From positions 77,133,817 to 77,197,816 of the forward strand of contig NC_068991.1 in the NCBI RefSeq assembly GCF_001194135.2: a stretch of 64,000 nucleotides of DNA, read 5' to 3'. Below the pieces are notes generated by a model that was given only the letters and a program-made list of their open reading frames with translations, made no database searches and was not told where the DNA came from. Within the stretch, counting starts at the first letter, position 1, and every line of letters begins with the position of its first letter. The translations under genes and the position numbers were made by a program. Source of the DNA: Octopus bimaculoides. Lineage: Eukaryota. Shown here piece after piece: positions 25,506 to 38,433 of the stretch.

Positions 25506-26859
25506 ATATGTGCATGCGCACATGTGTGTGTGTGTGTGTGTGAGCAAGTGTAAATGTTTGTGCATGCTTGCATATATATGATTGTATACAATTACAAGTA
25601 TATTTGAATATCTGTATGCATATATGATGTAATGTCATGTAAAAATACGCATAAATATTTTTATACTCTCATCTACATACACTCACACATACAACACAAA
25701 CTTATATTTGCCTCTGTGTGTCCCATGTGTGTGAGCATACACATGCATGCCTATGTCATATAGTCATACACAGAAGAAATATGCAATCATACACACAAAT
25801 CTATCCAGTCATACCTAGCTATGAATATATTTATTATTTGTTCATATATTTTCATATAGGGATAATCATACTAACACCTTATTTCCTCATCGCAATATTT
25901 ACATGTTGCTATCTTTTTATACAATACAAGACAAACTGATAGACAATGTAAATTTCATGAAGTGATCACTGCAGAGCTGTGATATCTCTCAGTGAAACAG
26001 CTTCACAATTTGGCTTCAGTTCTCAGCTCAAGTGATTTTTCACTTTACTTCTCCAACACATGCTATTGGGAGGTACATTAATGTCATAATGCCCATTTAT
26101 TTTCTCTCCTAAAACTCTCTATTTACAGTCATACCATTGTCTTTTATTGGTTAATCTGAAGGTGGTGGATAGTGTATATAACCTTTTTAGAATCTAGTTA
26201 AACCAAAAGATATGGATAATTGGACGGCGTTGGTGTTGTTTAGCCCCCAGGTCATCCTGCATGAGCAGACCTATGATCAGGTTATTCAAGCTTTGACCAT
26301 CCTGTCCTTTTTGTGGTTATATAGGATGACATTATCTCTATGCTCTTTCTTATTTAAGTCAATAGGGTGTGCTTGCTATTTTTAGCATCAAGCAACTCTG
26401 TGGAAGTGATTTCATTTTTAACCAAGTTTGCATTCAGTTTAAACAAAATTTGGAGAAAACAGTAGAAAACCAGTCCAGTGGATCATTCCTGGGTCACCGT
26501 GGGAGTGTCATAGTAATTAATGTCCAGAAATATGCTATTTTAAAAAATAGGGATTTAAAATCATAAAAGCTTAGACACTACCATGTGATTGATTGTTGTC
26601 ATTTTCCCAGATATGTTTCTCAATGCACCTCACACCCAAAGCCCACAAATATCTTTATCTATGAAGAATACTGTCTAAACACCCAGAGATGCTTACACAT
26701 CATCACTAATAAGAAGCTATTTAACTACCACCACAGTACCTGATGATCATTAAGTAATAAAGCATCGTTTATTCATAACAATGCTTACAAGCTCTGTCCC
26801 CTATAAATTATAGCTGACTTCCAGTTCTTTGCTAAGACAGTCCCTATGTGTATAGCAGA

Positions 26860-27400
26860 ATCCTCCTATCCTCTACTTTGCTTTCTTTCAGTGCCATGTC
26901 CAGAATGTAGGACATAGACAATCATGTTCTGCCACTATTCTCTGTTCTTTGTTTTCTGTAACAGTTCCACTTCCTGATGTTTAATGCCCCTTTCTCCCAA
27001 CCAATTCCTCAAGCTTGACATCCATGCTTTTTTTCTCTTTGATCTTTTCAGTCATCACTAAGTTCTCCTGGCCCTCATTCCTCATCACATGACCAAGAAA
27101 TCTCACTTGCTTGACTCTTGTCTCATGAAGCAGTTTCCTATTTACCACAGTCTGGGTCATGCCTTCTTCATTAAACACTTTGTCTGTCCATACTATCCTC
27201 AATATTCTTCTTCAGAACCACATTTCACAGCTCTCCAAGCCCCTTCTCATTTCTGATGTTATAGACCATGCCTCGCTTCCATTTATTAACACAGGATAGA
27301 CATAACAGTTCAGATATGGGTTTTGGGTCTTGATGTTCAGAGTACTCAGAGTACAGTTTCTTAAGATGTCATACAATTTTGTCTCCCTCTGCTTCTCCCA
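26860..27400 (-). mobile_element. RTE-clade LINE ORF2 C-terminal fragment
   Basis: ORF-track peptides 'LNCYVYPVLINGSEAWSITSEMRRGLESCEMWF' and 'RIVWTDKVFNEE...KQVRFLGHVMRNEGQENLVMTEKI' match the RTE post-RT region. Confidence 0.85.
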
Positions 27401-27429
27401 TAACCCCTTCTCTCTCCTGTAGTGATGAA

Positions 27430-27750
27430 GACAGCATACCGTCAACTGAAAAATGAATAGAAAAGGCGATAGAGGTAGTTGGTGTATGCAATAGGATAAT
27501 CAAGATGAGACTAGTTATAGACCACACATTAGCGACACTTGTCTCAGCATTTGCTCTGCATGTGGAATTAACAGACACACAGAAGGAACGCTTCTATGAC
27601 ACCCTTCTACAGACTACCTTAATGATGACTGACAGTGTCATCATCAGGATGGCTGGCAGCTTCAGTAATCATGTTGGCCAAAATGCCTAAGGCTTCCACA
27701 ATATCCATGGAGGATATGCCTTAGAGAGGAACAGTTATAGAGCACACTAA
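27430..27750 (+). mobile_element. RTE-clade APE endonuclease fragment
   Basis: 'RLVIDHTLATLVSAFALHVELTDTQKERFYDTLLQTT...AGSFSNHVGQNA*GFHNIHGGY' (cf. ISAYAP...GDFNGHVG). Confidence 0.8.
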
Positions 27751-27769
27751 TATTTATTTCTCAGTGTGG

Positions 27770-28880
27770 ATATCCTTTAATCTATGGAAACATACAACTG
27801 TATGTTCTTTTGACAGGAAGGGTAACTTTTCTAAACCTGCCAACTTCCTTTTCTCTACTCAGAAACTATCATTATAGGTTTTATACTGGAGACTTGGCCT
27901 TCTACACCACAAATCAATAGTTTCTTGCTTTTGAGAATTTAGCTGGCACTAATTTTTTTTTAATACAATCACTGCACTTTTGAAGGAAACAGCCATGTAC
28001 TATAAATAAACATCATGCAACTAAAATCTATAAACATGCATAGTGTTGCTGGGAGTAAAAACTTTTCTTGTCCCTTCAGCTCCAAACACCACCGTTTCTG
28101 TATCACTCTCAAGCAATATACACCCACTCATTGCTTGCTGCCTGAACATCTCAACTTTTTTCCATCCAATCTTTTAAATAAGAAATGGTATATCCAATCC
28201 TTGAATTAAAAATTACATACCCTCAAAGACTGCCAAATATTGGCCTGTTGATTGTATTTCCAACACTTGAAACATGTTGGGTTGATTATAAATGATCTTA
28301 TTCTTCAATCAAGTCTTTCTCCTTGGTGATCATATTTTTCTTTTTGCATATCAATGATCTGCTCAATGTGGCCTACACTCTTATTTGACCTTCCACATAC
28401 AGATGTCATTCATATATAACTAGGCTTTTTGCATTCAAACTGCAGTAATTTTGTGATCAGAAATTTTGAAATCGTTAGGCCATGAGGACATGACAACTTT
28501 ATCACATCTGACAGCTTTGAGATTCAGTCACTATACATACAAAGGAACCTTTCAACATTAGATATTCTCTACTCATGATAAACACGAACTAAAAATCTCT
28601 ACAAATTCTCAACTTCACAATCACTGATGTTCTTCCATAGCAACCATATTGCTATAACTTATTCAAAAATCTTTCTTGGAGGCCAGATATTATTTCAGCT
28701 TTAAACAATTAAATCTCTTCAAGACATATGTGTTGCACGCTAGAATACTGTTCATGTATCTTGGATGGTGCATCTGCTACACACACTCACTGGATCATTT
28801 CATTAAGAAAAGATTCTTCTACTTGACTGGTATGCTACAACCACTAGTACACCAACTTTTTCTGAACTTAGAAGCTGTTT
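27770..28880 (+). mobile_element. Decayed CR1/L2/Jockey-group LINE RT and C-terminus
   Basis: 'FFLHINDLLNV' (~28340-28375) and 'LEYCSCILDGASATHT' (~28740-28790); same clade as 1000-3050. Heavily frameshifted. Confidence 0.65.
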
Positions 28881-28974
28881 ATCCTCCCTTTCTAAAGTGG
28901 AAGTCAATGTCGATATCAATAATGATTGATGATGATGATTATCATATTAACATTGACATTTCACTGTATATTAA

Positions 28975-31110
28975 AATGAAATAATAATAAAAAAAAGAAT
29001 ATACAAGGAACGAGTTAAATAAATGGGCAAATGTAAACAGAAATGGGAAAAAAGTATGATAGTAGAAAATAGGGAAGGTGAAAGAAAAGAATTCTTATAA
29101 GCATTCAAGACGAAAAAAAAAAATAGATAAAAACGAAGAATATGTCTAGATGTGAAAATTAGGATTAAATCAATGACAATTAAGAATAAATTGAAAAAAA
29201 TAATTTTGGTGGCCACGGAAACTAATAAATACTGACTGAGAGTCTGTAAAAACGGAAATTATGGGAAATTCCAAAACTAGAGAGATGAATGGAGATCAAC
29301 AGATAATTTTTTTTTTTTTAAGATGAAAAAAAGATGTGATATTAGAAGCTATGAGTAGAGTCAAGAAAAACAAGAGAATGTTTTTGGGAGATTAAGGAAA
29401 GTATAACAAAGATTGAGAATGGGAATTAAAAAAAGAATGTATGACACAGTATTAAAAGTGAAGGACAGTTTAGAAATTTTTTTTAATGATTTGGAAGGAA
29501 ACCAGAAACAGGATGAATGCTAAGGGTACATGGAAAAGAAGGATTGCAGTCGAAACAGATAACTTGAAGGACTGCTAAAAGAATTGAAAGAATGCTTTAA
29601 GAAACCAGGGAGTTTGAAATGGAGGATAGCAAAGAGTAAATAAATGATTGGGGATAGAAGACAGGGTAGAAACATATACTTGAGTTTAAGAAAAAAGTGA
29701 TGAAATCTGAATTAGCTTGAAATTAAATATAAGTTACATAAATAAAGGATGGAATCAGAAAAACAAAATGGAGGGCAAGTAAAGACAGAGTAGATGAAAG
29801 AGAAAGGTATGGAAGATAAAGTGAAAATGAATAGAAATAGAAATCAGAAATTAGGTAGATAAATTGGGAAGAGTGACTGATTCAGTTTTTAAAAAATCTG
29901 ACAGTAACAGAAGAGGTAGAAACATGGAGTAAAATTGAAGAAAAAACGTAAAAGAAAGCAATGAAAATGAAAGGAAAGCAGAGAAAGAGTCTGAAAATGG
30001 GGTAAGAGCAAATCAAAACTGTAATGAGTAAGAACAGCAATAGAAGAGAGAGTAGAATTTGAGATTAGAGAAAAGAAAACTGAAAGAATTTGGATAGAGA
30101 TCAAGAACATGGTAGATAAAATGGAGAACAGGGAATGGAAAAGTATTTTTAAAAATTGGATAGCAATCAAAGATAGGGTAGAAAAATAGTGTGTACATGT
30201 GTGTGTGCGTGTGTGTGTGTATACACATATGTGTATGTGCATGCACACACACATAGAGCGAAAGAGATGGGGGAAAGAGTTGAGGAAGAAAAGCAAAAAC
30301 TGGATTAATAATTTTAAAAAATGAATGAGATTGAGAAAATTTTGAAGGATAAGAAATATAGAAGGGTAAAATAGAAAATATTGAATTATAGGCAATATTT
30401 TTAGTGGCAAGAAATAAAAATAATGGAGTTGGGGAATGGAAGGCGGTTGATAAAGAAAAAGAAAGTAAAAGCAAAATCAACTCTAGTTATTCTAAATGGT
30501 TAAGTAAATTTAAGGTAAAAGATGAAAACATGAAGGATGAAAGAGAGAATTCTGCGGATAGACAAAGAAAAAGTTATGATAGAGTGGGAAAAGGTACAAA
30601 GCTAAAATAGAATTAGATAGACGATGGCTAAAAAAGAACAAGAAAGAAAAAAGGTAGATTCGGTGTACGAGAATCGAAAACTGAGTGCAAAGAACTAAGA
30701 ATAAATGGGAAGGGTGTGTGTGTGTGTGTGTGTGTGTACGCATGCGCTCTTGTTCACACATGTGCACAGTCTTCTCTCTCATACATACACATATACTTAC
30801 ATGCTTATATATGAGAGGGAGCAGAATATGGGAGGAGGGGGAAGAGAGGAGGTGAAAATGTGAGAGACAGAGAGAGTGTGTGTGTGGATAAAAACATGGA
30901 AAGAAGGGGAAAATATTAAAAAAGAGGAGGAAGAGGAGAAAGGGAGAATAATATAAGCATGAGGAGAAATACAGAGAGAAATTGAGAGGGGGGAGAGAGA
31001 GAGAGAGATTGAGCAGGAAAGAGATGCCTTCCTTTGTAGGCTCAAAAGATACCATGTAGACAACAAGTAAACTTAGAAGAAGAATAAGGTAAAAACGGGA
31101 AAAATAGGTG
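28975..31110 (+). repeat. Purine-rich low-complexity block
   Basis: About 2.1 kb strongly A/G-biased on +, with (TG)n and (GA)n islands; track ORFs on minus are F/L/S-rich artefacts. Confidence 0.7.
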
Positions 31111-31548
31111 TAGTTGTGGGACTTGTGATCAAAGGCTTTCCAGACATGACCATCACATCTCTTTTCTAGGCAGTTCTAAAACTTCCTTATTTATTGTGTC
31201 CTCTTCTGATTTGGTATGGTGTGAGAGAGATTTGCCTGTCGTTTCTAGTAAGTATGACACCCATATAGAGGCCCCCCTGGTAGTGGTGGTATTAGTTATA
31301 GGAGTAACAGGTGTAAAGAAAGTCCAGTATTAGTTGTTTAGCCCCAGGTCAGCTCTATGATTAAAAAGAACTAGAATCAAAGCCATTTTATTTTAGCCGT
31401 GATTATGCCATCTCGTTTTTGGACTGCATTCCCCACTGTGATGTTTCCTTACTTAAGATTTAAGGGAATTTGGTTGCTATTTCTTACTATTTCTTGCTGC
31501 ATTGAAGTTTCTTTGTTGGGTTATTGTTGTAATTTAGAAAAGAAAAGG

Positions 31549-31778
31549 GTGTCGAGCTGGCAGAATCGTTAGCACACCGGGCAAAATACTTAGTAGTATT
31601 CTGTCTGTCGTTACGTTCTGAGTTCAAATTTTGTCGAGGTCAACTTTGCCTTTCATCCTTTTGGGGTTGATTAAATAAGTACCAGTTATGCACTGGGGTC
31701 GATGTAATCGACTTAATCCCTATGTCTATCCTTGTTTGTTCCCTTTATGCTTAACCCTCTGTGGGCAATAAAGAAATA
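31549..31778 (+). mobile_element. tRNA-derived SINE family D, full copy with 18-bp TSD
   Basis: 'cgagctggcagaatcgttagcacaccgggc...gttctgagttcaaatt...gaggtcaactttgcctttcatcc...'. Exact aatttagaaaagaaaagg at 31531-31548 and 31779-31796. Confidence 0.9.
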
Positions 31779-33849
31779 AATTTAGAAAAGAAAAGGTTAT
31801 CGATGGAAGTATGTCTCTTTTTTATTAACATTTCATTGAATTTAATCTCTTTTATTTCACTGATTTCAAAATACCTGATAAAAGTAGTAGTGGTGATGCT
31901 GGTTGTTGTTGAAGTTGTTATTGTTGTGATGGTAGTAGTGACTATGGTACAAGTTTTTGCAGGAGTGGTGGTTATGGTAGAAATTGTGGTGATGATGGTG
32001 ATTTTGGTAGAACTTTTGTGGTCGTGGTGACTATAGTAGAAGTTGTGGTGATAATAACAACTGAATTTAGCAAATACAGTTGTTTAGAAGAAGATGCAGA
32101 CTTAGTGGTAGTAATGCCTGCTATTTTCATACCAAAAGCTTCTCCCACCCAGTCCAGTATTCTAAGAAGTTAGTGGTGGTCCTCATTGGCAAAAAATGTA
32201 AAAAAAAGCTAATAAATTTCAGAGCCTTGTCAGAACACCCTCAACTCTCTCTCTGGCACTAAAGATTATATTATTTAACAAATTTTTATTTTTCAACTGA
32301 CCAAAGTAGAGAAACAAATATTAGAAATAATTATCGAAAGTAAGAATAAATTTGTCAAAAAATAACACCAATGCGAATAACAATCCCCAAATCAATATCT
32401 GTTGCTGTGTTGGTGTGACACAGAGCCAATTGGTAAGAAGGAGCTCTTCTGAAGATTTTGTCTCTAAAGTGTGTTCTTAAGCAACGTAAACCTTGTGGAG
32501 AGCGTCTTTAAATTTCATCTCTCAAATGTAAAAATGAAATGGTTGTGTGTATATGGCATTGGACTACTAACACCTAGGTTCTGAGTTTGAATACAATACA
32601 AGACTTTCGATATGCATTTTGCACAGTGTCATGAATGATAAGAGTTGCTTAACTATAAAAAAAAGCAGTTATATGCTTTACTTTTGCTCTCAGAACCAGG
32701 TCAGCTACAGTTGCTGATGGTATCTGTGTCTTTTGAATTTATTGAAGGATAATAGCTGGAACTTTCTTGATTACAGGTAGTTTTATCAATTTAAAACTTA
32801 CCAATCACTGAATCCAAATAGACAAGATAGCTACAATAAATAAATTTGATGTTCCAATTAAATCACTTTGATGTAGTATGAAGTTTAAATATTTAATAAC
32901 AACTGTTAGTCTCAATCTTTATCTTAACAAACTAGAACTTCTGTTCCGGGCCTAACATAACAGACATTATATGAGATTGTAGAATTTTGGATGATACTTT
33001 TGAAAATTATAATGGTTTGAAGAATCTTGTGTAAAACTGCTTAAGGGAATATATGCCAGACATGGTTTTAAAAAAACCTATTGAAAACATGGATGAATCT
33101 TTATAGAATTTAATCAGATAAGCTATAACAGCTGAAGAAAATAAAGTATCATGTATGAGAGATTTTATTTTTATTTGTGAAATATGTTCAATTACAATCA
33201 GGACCAAACTCCAAGGGGATGAAACCAACAGTTTAGAACTGCGAAACAAGCTTAATTTAATTCAGTCACATCAAATGTCTGTTGTTTCTGTTGGACCATC
33301 TATTGTTAAGAAAGAAAAATTTTTAATGATAATTTCGAGCAAGCTGATCCAGTCAACCCTAAAATTTCGACAATGTACATTTTCTATGGTTACTATTTTT
33401 CTGTCATAACCTGTGTCCCATGTCCAGCTAAAACTGCTAATTGCCAAAAGTATGAAAGAGTAGGACGTTGGCCTTCCATCTTCTAATCTAGTTGTCATGT
33501 TGTTTCTCTCCTAGAGTTTAATGCATTTTTGTACTTTTTCTATGGCTTCTCAGAATACCACCCATGGTTGCTTGTCTAGCTAAATCTACTTACTACTGGT
33601 TGAAAGTATAAAAATGTAGGTCACTGGTGGCCACACCTATCCCCTGCACAGTGTAAAGCATTTTCTTTGGTTGTTCAATTTGGATTGCATAAAATAATGA
33701 AAGGGCAGTCAAAAAGTCATCGATGTAGGCCCCTTATGAAAATTTAATCTTTTATAAACTGGCTTATAAGTTCAACATGGAAATATCTTCAAAAACAAGT
33801 AAAGTCTCCATAGCTAATTCTGAACTAACAGCTTCAATCCTCCTCCTCC

Positions 33850-34030
33850 TCCATTGCTTTTCTTTGCTTGCTTGGGTTAGAAGGGTCCTTTCCAACACAA
33901 TGTCTTGCCCTTTGCTGCATTGTTTTGTCATCCCCTTTCTGAGGTTCAGCATCTTAAGATCAGCTTTCACCATTTCTGCCCGTGTCTTCTTTGTTGGCCT
34001 TCCTCTTCCACACTTTCATGAAATTCACTG
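33850..34030 (-). mobile_element. RTE LINE 3' end fragment
   Basis: 'GRGRPTKK..AEMVKADLKMLNL' (cf. GRGRPxKTW.EVVKxDL). Confidence 0.7.
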
Positions 34031-34094
34031 AGTCCATTATGAGACTTATAAAAATACAACTCTGTCACAGGATGAAATTTGCTGATGTGATATA

Positions 34095-34800
34095 GTGGTC
34101 ATTTGTGTACATTGTGAATGTAGTTTTTACCAGGTGTTGTTGATGTTTACCTGTTGTCAGGTTCATTTTTCACTTGGCAAGATGTGTTTAATTCAGGCAA
34201 CTTGATTACACATAGGTGTTTTCACATTTGTATTTTTAAGATATTGATTCTTAGGCATTGATTTCCTGCCTCAGAACTGAATTTGTGCTTCAGTTAGTCT
34301 CTGTAACTTGGGAGCTGCACAACACTTCTTAAAAAAGAAGCATTCCAAGATATACTTTCAACTCCATTAAAAAGTTTTGAAAGGGCTAAAAAAATTAGCG
34401 TTCGTTACTTTTATCATAATAATTATGTTCTCCTCATACATTCTCTTGAATACAGAGACCTTTCACTTAAAATATTTCAGTATATTAATGCTTCGCTTTT
34501 AAAATTTATCATTCATTAACAAAGACATTGATACAATATCAACTACATGGTAACTCCACTCTTGCTTAGAAACAATAAATCCAAAGATCACTTGGAGAGC
34601 TTGTGTTTACAGATAACATCTCTCTAATTAACTTACCCAAGTCTAAGCTGCCTTTCTCTTATCAAATCACTAATATATAGAAAATGATAGATAAGTCATT
34701 AAGACATAATACTACTGGATTCTATCTCATTGTTTGAGATTAACCTCTTAACTATGCTTGAGAATCACGAAAAAAAAAAAAAATCCACAGAAATTCATTC
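34095..34800. repeat. Unclassified repeat family F, copy 3
   Basis: Aligns with 10140-10400 and with 600-780/10870-11030. Confidence 0.7.
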
Positions 34801-34854
34801 AACGCAGCATGGAAAATAATAGTTGTCAATAGACTTTGAAATGTGTTTGAAATG

Positions 34855-35085
34855 TGGGTGTTCAAGAGAATGTTATGAGTTTCTTACAAGGAGCACGAGA
34901 CAAAGGAATGGGTGTTGCAACAATTAAGTGAAAGACAACAACTCCTGAATATTGTGAAGAAACAAAGCTCATTTATGATGGCCATATTTGAAGAAGCAGA
35001 AGTTTGGAAAAGATTATTGTGGAAGGAAGAGTAAAGAGTAGCAGATCAAGAGGCAGGCGAAGAACACAATGGATGGACACTAGCA
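34855..35085 (+). mobile_element. RTE LINE C-terminal fragment
   Basis: 'RMLxVSYKEHETKEWVLQQL...LEKIIVEGRVKSSRSRGRRRTQWMD'. Confidence 0.75.
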
Positions 35086-35950
35086 TGGTCTGGTTGGATA
35101 AGAGTACCAAGGCAACTGGAGAGTTCATGCTTAATCACGAAAACTTTCAAAGTAGTGCCATAAATATGCTGCAGGCATGATGACGATGATGATGATGATG
35201 AGACTTTAAAAGTTTCCTTATTCTTATAATTTCTATGTATATGATGGAGTTTCTTGTTTTTCATTTGCCTAGCCATGTCATGATACAAGTATTTCTTTTA
35301 GAAAGTGACTAACTTGTCTTTTCTTTGTTTTGGAATTGCCATCATTATTCATTGAGATTATGGAAAAGTATCCTTCGTGTCTCCTGTGCTGAAACAATTC
35401 TTGAATAGTCTTGATATTTCTACAAGCTGTATGGCCCATATTATCTCTAGAGAACTCAAAAAAACATCATGGGGTAATCTAGAACCATATAAAGTTAGCC
35501 TTTCTAAGTAAAAATATGAGAGGCCATGTTGATGGATACTTTACATGCTATACAATTTTTCTTATAAACAACAACCAGAGAGACATCTCATGAAATGCTC
35601 TTTAAATTTTGTAGAGAAACTCCTACTTGATCATCTCTTCCCACCTGGCTTCACACACCTAGTATGGCTTAATCTAAGTCATCATGCACGTAAGTCAAAA
35701 TTTAAATCACTAGATGAACCTCTAGAACTCCTAGGGGTTAATTACAAATACATTCATGTTGGCTTTGTAAATGACTGGGGCAACATGGCTTCTGTGAGTG
35801 CTGTAGCTCCTTGTAGATGCAATGACTACCATACTCTTCCACTTATTCTTTGAATGACCACTATGAACTGAAGTGTAAACAGATTAGCTGTGTACATTAT
35901 TTACATTATTTACATTTGATTGGATATTTATCCTCATCTTATTTGTTGTT

Positions 35951-35996
35951 AACACAACATTTCAGCTTATATACCCTCCAGCCTTCATCAGGTGTC
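35951..35996 (-). ncRNA. Minimal type I hammerhead ribozyme motif (decayed), copy 1
   Basis: Minus: gacac CUGAUGA a ggcug-(loop)-aagcu GAAA u GUU guguu. Core intact; stem II and stem III carry substitutions. Confidence 0.6.
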
Positions 35997-36178
35997 TTGG
36001 GGAAATTTTGAACTTGGGTTCTCACTCCGAAGGTATTTTTTGATGTTGCTATTATTATTATTATTCAGGTCACTGCCTGGAATCAAACTCAGAATCTTGG
36101 GGTTTGTAGCCTGTGCTCTTAACCACTACACCATATGCCCATTGTTCGAAATTTCCCCCAGGTTCGAAATTTCCCCAA

Positions 36179-36224
36179 GACACCTGATGAAGGCTGGAAG
36201 GTACATCAGCCAAAACGTTGTGTT
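36179..36224 (+). ncRNA. Minimal type I hammerhead ribozyme motif (decayed), copy 2
   Basis: gacac(36179-83) CUGAUGA(36184-90) a ggcug/cagcc stem II, aAAA (G12 to A), c GUU, guguu(36220-24) pairing with gacac; AACGTT palindrome at stem III. Confidence 0.6.
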
Positions 36225-36976
36225 AACAACAAACAAGATGAGGACAAATATCCATCAAATGTAAATAATGTAAATAATGTACATAATTCCTCATCCCTTA
36301 AATATAGAACTGTATCAGGTTAGCTGTGGTTTAAGAAATCACAATATTGGTTGGAACTATTTTGTTCTTCCTGCTACATATTCGACTATATCTGATAGTC
36401 CTAGTTCCGATTTGGACAATTCTAAATGTGTACCACTTCGGAGATCAAAGAGAATTTGTAATTCAGGTGCACATTTACAGATGTAAATTTTATTTTTAAG
36501 ATGTAATTTAATTTTTTTTTTATTGGTTACATTATATCACTTGTATATCCAATGTCAATTTGAAAATTGAAATGTTTTATATTGTAATTATTTATTGTAA
36601 AAATAAACGAACAGGTTTAATATTTTAATGTACTTTATAAAATGGTAATGATGTATGACAAGTGCATTAATATATATACAACGTTAGTAACAATTTATAA
36701 AATGAAGGAAAATGTTATAAGAGCTACATATCTATAAAAAAAAACCCACTTATGTCCCTTATATCATCTTCTGGTATGATACACATTATGGCTGTTGATG
36801 ATATATGCCTTTTAAATTGATTAAAGGGCAAACAGTACACTTAATTCTATATGGTTTATATTTATTTTAGTTATTTTATATGGCATTTTGTAAATAATAT
36901 CATTGTTTGTTATAGATTTCTACTGGGAAAACGACGATCCAGTGTGTTTATGATGGTGAGAATTAAAAGGGATCAC

Positions 36977-37092
36977 CTGTGCAACTCGGGCAGAACAAAT
37001 ACAAATACTACAAGATATATTTTAAAGTGCATGTTTGTCATTTTTGTCATGGCTTCTGAATGCATAGCCATGCTCGGGCTCAGTTTACTTCG
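36977..37092 (-). CDS. Candidate first coding exon with hydrophobic signal-peptide-like segment
   Basis: Minus: ttctcgtctctattcttgacag|CGAAGT...TTGCACAG|gtgatc; frame gives MAMHSEAMTKMTNMHFKIYLVVFVFVLPELH. The donor is only moderate. Confidence 0.3.
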
Positions 37093-37308
37093 CTGTCAAG
37101 AATAGAGACGAGAACTTTTGTGTATGTTATCTGGGATAGATTGATATCTAGGACATATGGCTCATATGCTTAACACCATGAAATTGGTATTAGCACAAGA
37201 ACCCAGGAAACTTATTTTATAACTGTTGAATGAATTGAATTAAAAATTGTGGAAACAACAACAAAAAAGTTCTTTCGGCAGTTGTTGATTGTGAAGCTTA
37301 CTTATTAC

Positions 37309-37381
37309 CTGCTCCAGCTGGGCTGTACCTAACTAAAACGCTTGCTTGCAACCAGGAGACTGTGCCATGCAGAGTTGTTGT
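37309..37381 (-). other. Candidate non-coding (5'UTR) exon
   Basis: cctcagcctag|ACAAC...GGAGCAG|gtaataagt; not frame-compatible with 36977-37092, so UTR if real. Confidence 0.25.
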
Positions 37382-38398
37382 CTAGGCTGAGGATAGTTCT
37401 GATTGAAAAACCCTTTGATCAAGCATGAGTATATCTTATTTTTTTCAAACAAGTGTATCTAGGACTACAATGTCTGATGTGCTCTTCCTTTCTTTTAAGG
37501 CAGCAAATTATAACCTTTTATATGGTACATTACACTAAGCATAGAATATAAACTATGACCCTTATAAGCTTAATCAGTTATAACTCGCATCGTTTTTCTG
37601 TGTCTCTTTCTCTCTCTCCCATTCTGCCCCTCTCTCTCTTCACTTCTGTTGAGGAGAGTGATGGAAGTGGCTGATGGTTTGATGAGAAGTTGAAAGGTCT
37701 TTGTGCAGTCATATTTGTGTTTGTGTTGCAGAAAGCAACACTTGGTGGCATAGATTGCTGTGGCAAATGATTGAGGATTTGACGATTGTTTGTGAGTAGT
37801 AAAACTCGTGGAACAGAATATGAGATATATTAGAAACAGAGCTAGTTGGAAAATGATAGGGATGATCCCTTGGGAAAACAAAGGAAGAATCAGGGTAGTA
37901 GAAGAAACTATCCCAGTAAACTTATCTGAATGAAAACATTTCCAGTTTTTCATTGAGAAAGAAAGAAATCTCAACTTTTGAAAAAATATTGAGCCAAAGC
38001 AAATATGGAAAACTGAATGTCAAATATCCCTATCTGCCTATCTGTCTGTCTGTCTGTCTGTCTATCTATTGTCTTTCTGTCTGTCTATCTATTGTCTTTC
38101 TGTCTGCCTGTTCATCTGTCCATCTGTCCGTCCATCTGTCTGTCCATCCATTTTCTCCCCACACCTATCTCTGCAGTTTGGAGCAGACGTTCTTTACAAA
38201 ATGCTATTTATATCTTAAATTTATAGATTGACCGGTGTAGTTAGTCAAGATTCTTCCAAAGTTGATGTGATTCCTTACGTCCACTGATTGACCTTAAGAG
38301 TTTACTGTAATTACCCACACGATAGTGTCTTTCCGATACTTTATCTAACATAACTCTTCTCTCTCACCCACTTCCCCCTTCTCTCTCTCTCTCTTTCT

Positions 38399-38433
<35 letters not shown>

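Larger units (their letters stand above)
35893..36319. mobile_element. Composite SINE-like / Penelope-like insertion with two inverted hammerhead-bearing arms
   Basis: ttagctgtg direct repeat at 35884-35892 and 36320-36328. Arms 35893-36013 and ~36162-36282 are inverted copies. tRNA-type head on minus at ~36065-36140 ('ggcatatggtgtagtggttaagagc', 'gagtttgattcc'). Confidence 0.85.

Noticed and set aside
29889-31066. Minus ORFs of 155-181 aa resembling membrane proteins
   Set aside because: Hydrophobicity comes from the polypyrimidine strand of the purine-rich block.
36916-36955. Plus-strand 40-nt exon-like segment (tatag|ATTTC...TGATG|gtgaga)
   Set aside because: Good splice signals but no compatible neighbouring exon; conflicts with the minus-strand candidates and cannot be resolved without RNA data.
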